DNA of 64,000 nucleotides from positions 146,359 through 210,358 of the forward strand of contig JAFYXG010000012.1 of assembly GCA_017546265.1 (NCBI GenBank), in the 5' to 3' direction. A program made the position numbers and the translations under genes. The stretch is from Alphaproteobacteria bacterium. Lineage in GTDB: Bacteria; Pseudomonadota; Alphaproteobacteria; Rs-D84. Numbering within the stretch: position 1 is the stretch's first letter; the number at the start of each line of letters is the position of its first letter. Positions 57,824 to 64,000 of this stretch are shown here, piece by piece. The notes under the pieces are model-generated. The model searched no databases. It saw only the letters and a program-made list of their open reading frames with translations, and was not told the origin of the DNA.

Positions 57824-59460
57824 TGTTTGAAATTGGTAAAGATATTTTTAAGCATGGTTTTTCTGGTGCCAGATGTGATGGGGTGGGACGGAAAAGACTG
57901 GGGGTTATTTACAAATTTTTCGTTGTTGCATTTGTTATCTTTATCGGGCGAACAATTCAGTTGGGAATACAGGGAACTGACCGGTCCAGATTAGCTGGGG
58001 CAAATGGTGAGTGGGATGTTCAACGTGCAGATATAGTCGATAGAAATGGTGATATTTTGGCAAAAAATGTTGCGTCTGGACACATCATTCTGCGAAATCG
58101 TGCCGTGCGGGAAAAAGATCGTGATGCTGTTGCTCAGACAATTCACCAGGCGTTGCCTTATGAGTACTCTTTGGCCCAGGCGTTGGAATTGGTTAATTCA
58201 GATAGACGCTTTATCAGATTGAAAAAGTATGCCAGTGATGAACAGCGGGCTATTGTTCAAAACGCACGATTGGAAGGCTTAGAGATAGAAAAAATTCAAA
58301 CAAGAAAATATCCAAAACGCAGATTGTTTTCTCATGTTGTTGGGTTCGTTGGCGAAGAAGGTCTTGGATTGGAGGGGGCAGAACGTGTCTTTGATGATTA
58401 TTTAAGTGAAAATAAAGACCCGCTGCGTTTGTCAGTCGATTCGCGTATCCAGGCGGTCTTCTATGACCAACTGGCATTTGCTATGCAGAAATATCAGACT
58501 AAGGCTGCAATGGGAATGCTGATGAATTCTAGAACAGGGGAAATTATCGCGATGGTGTCATTGCCAGACTTTGATCCAGAAAATCTGCGTGCAGACCCAG
58601 TCGCAAACAGATTGAATAAACCTATGCGAAGTGTGTATGAACTGGGGTCTATTTTTAAGATATTTAATACTGCCTTGGCTTTGGAAAATGGCATAGATGT
58701 TAAAAAAGAATATTTTGTTGCAAAACCATTCCCGATATATGATAAAAATGGACGGTTGGCAAAAAATATTACAGATATTCGCAGCTTTAAACCACCAAGA
58801 CCCAGCTTGAATGTAGAAGAAATTATGATGCATTCTTGTAATGTGGGTAGTGCACAAATCGCATTAGAATTACCAGATGGTGCACAAAAGGAATTCTTTG
58901 AAAGATTGCATATGGACAAGGCATTAAGCCTGGAGTTCGGACGGACGGAAAATAGTATTCCACAACGTAAATGGGGACCTGTTGAAAGGGCAACCGTTGC
59001 ATATGGACAGGGGTATGCGGTTACACCTATGCATCTGATGTTGGCTGTGAATGCTGTGACAAATGGAGGAATCTATATCTATCCAACATTGCAGAAACGA
59101 AGCGTTGGAGTCGTACGTGGTGAACGTGTCTTGGCAGATGAAATATCTGCTAAGTTGCGACCAATTATGTTGCGAGTGGCCGAAGAAACCAGTGGTAAGC
59201 AGGCTAGGGTCGCAGGAATTCAAATCGGAGGAAAAACATCAACCGCAGAAAAATATACAAATGGTAAAATAGATAATAAACGTAATGTGACTGCGTTCGT
59301 TGGTGTTTTCCCTGCACATGCACCGCAATATACAATTTTGGTCGTGCTGGATGAACCAAAGGGAACCAAGGAATCTTGGGGATGGCGTACAGCCGCATGG
59401 AATGCTGTGCCAACAACGGGAAAAATACTGGACAGCATACTGCCGTTGCTATTTGAATAA
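57823..59460 (+). CDS. ftsI: Peptidoglycan D,D-transpeptidase FtsI (class B PBP)
   Basis: SxxK (GSIFK), SxN (SCN), KTGT-like (GKTSTA) motifs; N-terminal TM. Confidence 0.85.
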   Translation: MFEIGKDIFKHGFSGARCDGVGRKRLGVIYKFFVVAFVIFIGRTIQLGIQGTDRSRLAGANGEWDVQRADIVDRNGDILAKNVASGHIILRNRAVREKDRDAVAQTIHQALPYEYSLAQALELVNSDRRFIRLKKYASDEQRAIVQNARLEGLEIEKIQTRKYPKRRLFSHVVGFVGEEGLGLEGAERVFDDYLSENKDPLRLSVDSRIQAVFYDQLAFAMQKYQTKAAMGMLMNSRTGEIIAMVSLPDFDPENLRADPVANRLNKPMRSVYELGSIFKIFNTALALENGIDVKKEYFVAKPFPIYDKNGRLAKNITDIRSFKPPRPSLNVEEIMMHSCNVGSAQIALELPDGAQKEFFERLHMDKALSLEFGRTENSIPQRKWGPVERATVAYGQGYAVTPMHLMLAVNAVTNGGIYIYPTLQKRSVGVVRGERVLADEISAKLRPIMLRVAEETSGKQARVAGIQIGGKTSTAEKYTNGKIDNKRNVTAFVGVFPAHAPQYTILVVLDEPKGTKESWGWRTAAWNAVPTTGKILDSILPLLFE

Positions 59461-59505
59461 TTTTTGATTATAATACGCTTGATAATAAAAAAAAGAGTAT
59501 GAAGC

Positions 59506-61239
59506 GTGAAAAGAATAGTGGAAAAATCCGTGCTGGGCCGAGCATGGGTGTTGGCAGATGATAGGGGAGATAAGTCGGACGATTTAGTAAAAAATATCTT
59601 GGCCAGACGGGGAATTGATTCTGATGTAGATATTCAAAGGTTTTTAAACCCCAGTATCAAAGAGTATATGCCAAATCCTTCGGTGTTGGTTGATATGGAC
59701 AAGGCCGCAAATTTAATCGCAAATGCAATTGAACAAAATAAAAAAATTGCAATTTATGGCGATTATGATGTTGATGGTATTACATCTACGGCTGTTTTTG
59801 TTAAGTATTTGAGAATGATGGGGGTTGATGTCGTATGGCATTTGCCAACACGAGAGGGTGAAGGATATGGACTGAATAATAATGCGATTGCTGAAATCGC
59901 AAGTCGGGGTGTGGAACTGATTATTACTGTGGATTGTGGTATCAGTTGTGTGACAGAGGTTGACTTTGCTCATTCTTTGGGAATGAAAATGGTTGTGACC
60001 GACCACCATTCTCCGGATTCTGTTATTCCAAATGCTGATGCGGTTGTAAATCCAAAACGTGCAGATGATGATTCGGGACTGACATATCTGGCAGGGGTTG
60101 GAGTGGCATTCTTGACACTGGTCGCTGTTAACCGTGAAATGAAAAAACGTGGACGTGGACTGGACAGTTCCGAACTGATGAACAGTATGGATTTGGTCGC
60201 GTTGGGGACAATTTGTGATACTATGTCATTGGTAGGTCTTAATAGGGCATTTGTTGCAACAGGATTAAAGGTTATGGGGTTGCGGAAAAATCTGGGGTTG
60301 CGGGTGTTGATGGATGTGGCAAAAATAAAAGAACCGTCCGTCTATGCCGCAGGTTTTGCGTTGGGGCCAAGGTTAAATGCCGCAGGAAGATTGGATTCTG
60401 CTACACCTGCACTGGAATTGTTGTTGACTGATAATCCGCTGATTGCACATGATTTGGCAAATAAATTACACGCGATGAATCAAGACAGAATCGATATTCA
60501 AAATGCAATTATGTTGCGGGCAACAGAAATGGCTGAACATTGCTGTAAAAACGGAAAATGCAGTTTGTTTGTTTGTGGCGATAATTGGCATGGCGGTGTA
60601 ATGGGGATAATCGCAGGACGGTTAAAGGATAAGTTTAATTTGCCTGCCTGTGTGGCAACCAAATCAGACGGTATGATAAATGGTTCCGGACGTTCAATCC
60701 CAGGTGTCGATTTGGGTAAGATTATTCATGATGCCTTGGCTGCGGGTATCGTCAGCGAAGGTGGAGGACATGCCGCCGCTGCGGGATTTTCGTTGCCTCA
60801 GGACCAAGAAAATGTTTTTTGCCAGTTCTTGGAACAGGCTGTGATAGAGCAGTTGCATGGTGAAGTGCCGCAACCAGAAATGATTGTTGATGCAGAACTG
60901 GATTCAGGTGGGGCGAATTTAAGATTGGTTGAACAAATGAAGGCACTGGAACCTTTTGGACAGGGAAATCCAGAACCAACCTTGGTGCTGCGTGGGGCAG
61001 TGTTAAGTAGTGTCTCGGTTATGGGAAATGAAAAACAACATTTGCGGGGAACTGTTAAAACCAGTCTGGGAACAAAATTGCCTTTTGTTGGGTTTAATAT
61101 GGTCGGTACACCGTTGGGTAATTTTTTGCTGGACGATGTAAATATGAATACTAAAATAAGATTGTTGGGTAAATTAAAAGACAATAACCACAAAGGACGT
61201 GTGAATGCACAGTTTGTTTTGGAAGATATTGCAATATAA
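59506..61239 (+). CDS. recJ: Single-stranded-DNA-specific exonuclease RecJ
   Basis: DHH motifs (IYGDYDVDGITS, DHH at TDHHS), DHHA1 and OB domains; 577 aa. Confidence 0.9.
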   Translation: MKRIVEKSVLGRAWVLADDRGDKSDDLVKNILARRGIDSDVDIQRFLNPSIKEYMPNPSVLVDMDKAANLIANAIEQNKKIAIYGDYDVDGITSTAVFVKYLRMMGVDVVWHLPTREGEGYGLNNNAIAEIASRGVELIITVDCGISCVTEVDFAHSLGMKMVVTDHHSPDSVIPNADAVVNPKRADDDSGLTYLAGVGVAFLTLVAVNREMKKRGRGLDSSELMNSMDLVALGTICDTMSLVGLNRAFVATGLKVMGLRKNLGLRVLMDVAKIKEPSVYAAGFALGPRLNAAGRLDSATPALELLLTDNPLIAHDLANKLHAMNQDRIDIQNAIMLRATEMAEHCCKNGKCSLFVCGDNWHGGVMGIIAGRLKDKFNLPACVATKSDGMINGSGRSIPGVDLGKIIHDALAAGIVSEGGGHAAAAGFSLPQDQENVFCQFLEQAVIEQLHGEVPQPEMIVDAELDSGGANLRLVEQMKALEPFGQGNPEPTLVLRGAVLSSVSVMGNEKQHLRGTVKTSLGTKLPFVGFNMVGTPLGNFLLDDVNMNTKIRLLGKLKDNNHKGRVNAQFVLEDIAI

Positions 61240-61251
61240 AAATGGTCACGA

Positions 61252-62202
61252 ATGGAACAGAAAATAGAACAATTTTTAGATATAATTCGTAATGCTAAAT
61301 CTGTGGTGCTGATGGGACATAAAAATCCTGATGGGGATTCTATGTGCAGTGTGTTGGCTTTGGGGCATTTGTTGGAAAAAAATTTTGGTGTTCAGGTTCT
61401 GTGTATCTATGATGGAAATATTCCAGATAATTTAGATGCCGTGCCATTGCGATCCAGAATTAAATATTTTGAACGGGCGGATTTAACACAATGTTTTGAT
61501 GTCGCAATTGTTATGGACTATGGTAATCCTGTGCATATCGGTGGATGTAGGCCTGCAGTTGATAATGCAAAGGTTGTTGTCGAAATTGACCATCACAGAA
61601 ATGATAATACGGTTGGAGAATTGTGTATAAATGATGATATGGCCGCCGCAACCGCAGTCATCGTTTATCAAATCGCACGTTATGGAAAGTTGGACATAGA
61701 TTCTGTAAGTGCGGATTTGTTGGCCTTGGCAATTCTGACAGATACAGGTAATTTTAAGTTTGCACGAAATGGAGATTCTTTGCGGATTATGGCTGATTTG
61801 GTCGATTCGGGGGTAAATATCAGAAACTTGATTGAACTGATGAATAATAAACCACGTAAAACCGTTCAGTTAGAAGCAAGAACCGCCGCAAATGCAGAGT
61901 TCTTTTATCATAGTCGATTGGCTTTGGCAACCGTGTGCAAAAAGGACTATAAATACCTGGATGGTCGGGGAGAAATGGTGCTTAGTTTATTAGGACAAAT
62001 TCAAGGGGTGGAATATATTGTTTTGTTGAAAGAACAAAAACCAGAACAAATTGGTATATCAATTCGCAGTAGAAAAAATCCTATTGACCAGATCGCGATT
62101 GAACTGGGGGGCGGGGGACATGAACGTGCCGCAGGGGCAATCGTACGGGATTCTTTGGAAAATGTGCGAAAACGTGTGTTGGAATTATTCAAAGAGGTGT
62201 AA
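61252..62202 (+). CDS. nrnA: DHH/DHHA1 phosphoesterase (NrnA-like oligoribonuclease / pAp phosphatase)
   Basis: HKNPDGDS, DHH (EIDHH), C-terminal GGGH; 316 aa. Confidence 0.8.
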   Translation: MEQKIEQFLDIIRNAKSVVLMGHKNPDGDSMCSVLALGHLLEKNFGVQVLCIYDGNIPDNLDAVPLRSRIKYFERADLTQCFDVAIVMDYGNPVHIGGCRPAVDNAKVVVEIDHHRNDNTVGELCINDDMAAATAVIVYQIARYGKLDIDSVSADLLALAILTDTGNFKFARNGDSLRIMADLVDSGVNIRNLIELMNNKPRKTVQLEARTAANAEFFYHSRLALATVCKKDYKYLDGRGEMVLSLLGQIQGVEYIVLLKEQKPEQIGISIRSRKNPIDQIAIELGGGGHERAAGAIVRDSLENVRKRVLELFKEV

Positions 62203-62206
62203 AGGA

Positions 62207-62821
62207 ATGAGAAAAGTTATTTGTGCAATTTTTATCTGTCTTTTTGCGTTCACAGCAAATGCCGCAGTGGATGCAAAGTTAGTAGCTAATGCAGAAAAAT
62301 ATTTGAACTCGATTACTGGATTGACCGGGACATTTGTTCAGACCGCAAATGGCAAACAGGAAACAGGTGTGTTTTCTATGATGCGACCAGGGAGAGTGCG
62401 GCTGGATTATGATAATATGCCAGTGCAACTGATTGCAGATGGTCAGGACTTGTATTTCTTTGATAAGTCTTTGGATCAGATCACGACTGTCCCAATTACT
62501 AGTACACCAGCTGGTATTTTAATCAGAAAAAATATCAATTTGGTTAATGCGGATATTAACGTGGTGGACACAACTGACTATAAAAATTCGTTCGCTTTGA
62601 AATTAAATTTGAAAGGCCAAGAAGGACTGGGAAATATGACGGTCGTATTTGATAAAAATCCCGTAAAATTAAATTCTTGGACTGTGGTCGATGCAACGGG
62701 TGCCACAACAGATGTCGCGTTTCGCGGGTTAAAAGAAAAAACAAACTTTGGTAAAAATTATTTCCAAATACAAAGACATAAAACAATCAGCACCAGTGGT
62801 GGTGATGATTACTATGATTAA
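62207..62821 (+). CDS. lolA: Outer-membrane lipoprotein carrier protein LolA
   Basis: Signal peptide, GTFVQ...FSMMRPGRVRLDY LolA signature; ~204 aa. Confidence 0.75.
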   Translation: MRKVICAIFICLFAFTANAAVDAKLVANAEKYLNSITGLTGTFVQTANGKQETGVFSMMRPGRVRLDYDNMPVQLIADGQDLYFFDKSLDQITTVPITSTPAGILIRKNINLVNADINVVDTTDYKNSFALKLNLKGQEGLGNMTVVFDKNPVKLNSWTVVDATGATTDVAFRGLKEKTNFGKNYFQIQRHKTISTSGGDDYYD

Positions 62822-62823
62822 AA

Positions 62824-63120
62824 ATGTTCGGAATCAGTTGGGCGGAATTCTTTGTTATTATTTTGGTGGCGGTGCTGGTCGTGCCGGCCAGATTGTGGCC
62901 TGATGTTGCACGTTTCTTGGCACGGGGGGTGAAATTTATTCGGTCTTTGATTTGGAAAATTACAGATGCGTCTGAAAATATTAAACAACAAATTGAGTTG
63001 GAACAGCCTGTGGATGAAATGCTGAAAAAAACAACAGATGAAATTTTGGATACCTTTTCAACCGTTATTTCAAAGCAGAAAAAAGTGCGTAAAACAACCA
63101 AGAAAAAGGTCGCAAAATGA
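62824..63120 (+). CDS. tatB: Twin-arginine translocase subunit TatB
   Basis: MFGISWAEFFVIILVAVLVV...ARGVKFIRSL resembles E. coli TatB; immediately upstream of tatC. Confidence 0.7.
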   Translation: MFGISWAEFFVIILVAVLVVPARLWPDVARFLARGVKFIRSLIWKITDASENIKQQIELEQPVDEMLKKTTDEILDTFSTVISKQKKVRKTTKKKVAK

Positions 63121-63824
63121 AAAAAATGACACTGAGTCAGCATTTTGCAGAACTGAGACGGAGAATTTTATGGGGGGCTGCAGTTTTTGTTGGGGCGTTT
63201 TTGTTGGGTATGATGGTGGCGCCATGGATTCAACAGTGTTTGACGTGGCCGCTGATGAATATTTGGTCAGATGGGATTTTGTTATATACCGGATTGGCAG
63301 ATGGGTTGATGATTAACTTTTCTTTGGCGGGATTGTTTGCGTTGCTGATAACGTTACCGTTCGGGTTGTGGCAGTTGTGGATGTTTGTCGAACCAGGACT
63401 GAAAAAAAATGAACGCAGATTTATCTGGCCTGTTTTAGTTCTGTCTCCGGGGTTGTTTTTGTTGGGGGCAGGATTTGCGTTTTTTGTTTTGTTCCCTGTT
63501 GTCTTCAAATTCTTTGTGGAATTAAATCAGGTGGCACCGGTGCCAAGCGTTTTGATGCCAGCTGTGCGGGACTATCTGGGATTCGCAATCGGTATGCTGA
63601 AGGTGTTCGGAATCGCGTTCCAGTTGCCGTTGGTGTTAGTGCTGTTGAACAGAATAGAGGTTTTGAAAAAAAATCAAATGATTGCTGCACGAAGATATGC
63701 AATCATTTTGATTGTCGTTGTGGCTGCCATTTTGACTCCGCCAGATATTGTGTCGCAATTACTGTTGGCAATTCCAATGTGGTTGTTGTTTGAAATCAGT
63801 ATTTTATGTATGCGGCATGACTGA
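63117..63824 (+). CDS. tatC: Twin-arginine translocase subunit TatC
   Basis: FAELRRRIL N-terminus, 6 TMs, conserved TatC loops; 235 aa. Confidence 0.9.
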   Translation: MKKMTLSQHFAELRRRILWGAAVFVGAFLLGMMVAPWIQQCLTWPLMNIWSDGILLYTGLADGLMINFSLAGLFALLITLPFGLWQLWMFVEPGLKKNERRFIWPVLVLSPGLFLLGAGFAFFVLFPVVFKFFVELNQVAPVPSVLMPAVRDYLGFAIGMLKVFGIAFQLPLVLVLLNRIEVLKKNQMIAARRYAIILIVVVAAILTPPDIVSQLLLAIPMWLLFEISILCMRHD

Positions 63825-63844
63825 TTTTATGATATAATGACTGT

Positions 63845-64000
63845 GTGAAATATTTCAGATGGATTTTTTTCGGATTGGTAATGTTGCAAACCGCATGTGA
63901 TTTGCAACCAAAGATTTTATCCTTGCCGGATTCGGTGGGCGAGTTTATTTCGCAACGATATCCTGCATTGTTGGCCGACCCAAATGTGAATCCTGAAATT
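63845..64000 (+). CDS. Partial CDS: probable lipoprotein (GTG start; ...FFGLVMLQTAC lipobox), runs off the window
   Basis: tataat -10 at 63833-63838; open frame to the window end. Confidence 0.3.
   Translation, partial: MKYFRWIFFGLVMLQTACDLQPKILSLPDSVGEFISQRYPALLADPNVNPEI

Overview
This 64-kb window is a densely packed chromosomal segment of an alphaproteobacterium with a streamlined, symbiont-like gene order. The alphaproteobacterial assignment rests on a Ros/MucR regulator, a tatA...tatBC arrangement and the RuvA/RuvC, SecDF-YajC and AddB-type genes. GC is roughly 40% by eye, coding density is about 90% on both strands, and Rho-independent terminator hairpins are common.

Most genes are core housekeeping: engB, addB-like, yebC, ruvA, mnmE, secB, mltA, ruvC, recA, typA, trxB, serS, xerD, lptF/G, greA, mutL, yajC-secD-secF, ftsK, fabD, rarA, mucR, ybeY-lnt, trmB, gltX, thrS, tatA, dksA, trxA, sufS-sufT-sufE, ftsL-ftsI, recJ, nrnA, lolA and tatBC. 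I found no rRNA, tRNA, CRISPR array, transposase or phage integrase.

The stretches that housekeeping does not explain are:
1. A roughly 5.5-kb island at 34.0-39.5 kb. It is flanked on both sides by copies of a palindromic repeat family (other copies at about 3.1 kb). It encodes a translationally coupled pair of signal-peptide, cysteine-rich proteins with no recognisable domains, one carrying a long (M/A/Q)-rich tract, followed by two predicted outer-membrane beta-barrels.
2. An AT-rich polysaccharide locus at 11.0-16.5 kb between recA and typA. It has three glycosyltransferases, a Stealth (hexose-1-phosphoryltransferase) protein, a PF13704 glycosyltransferase and an RgpF-like protein, but no export or polymerase genes.
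3. A small COG2827-type GIY-YIG gene at 51.16-51.46 kb, precisely flanked by two roughly 117-bp structured direct repeats.
4. An in-frame YbeY-Lnt fusion.
5. An AddB-type nuclease with no AddA partner.
6. A PDZ/S41 peptidase homologue whose catalytic Ser/Lys appear substituted.
7. A minus-strand operon at 44.27-46.41 kb encoding a membrane protein, an unknown gene split across two frames, and an RHH_4 protein.

All calls are from reading the sequence and motif recall only. No database searches were run.
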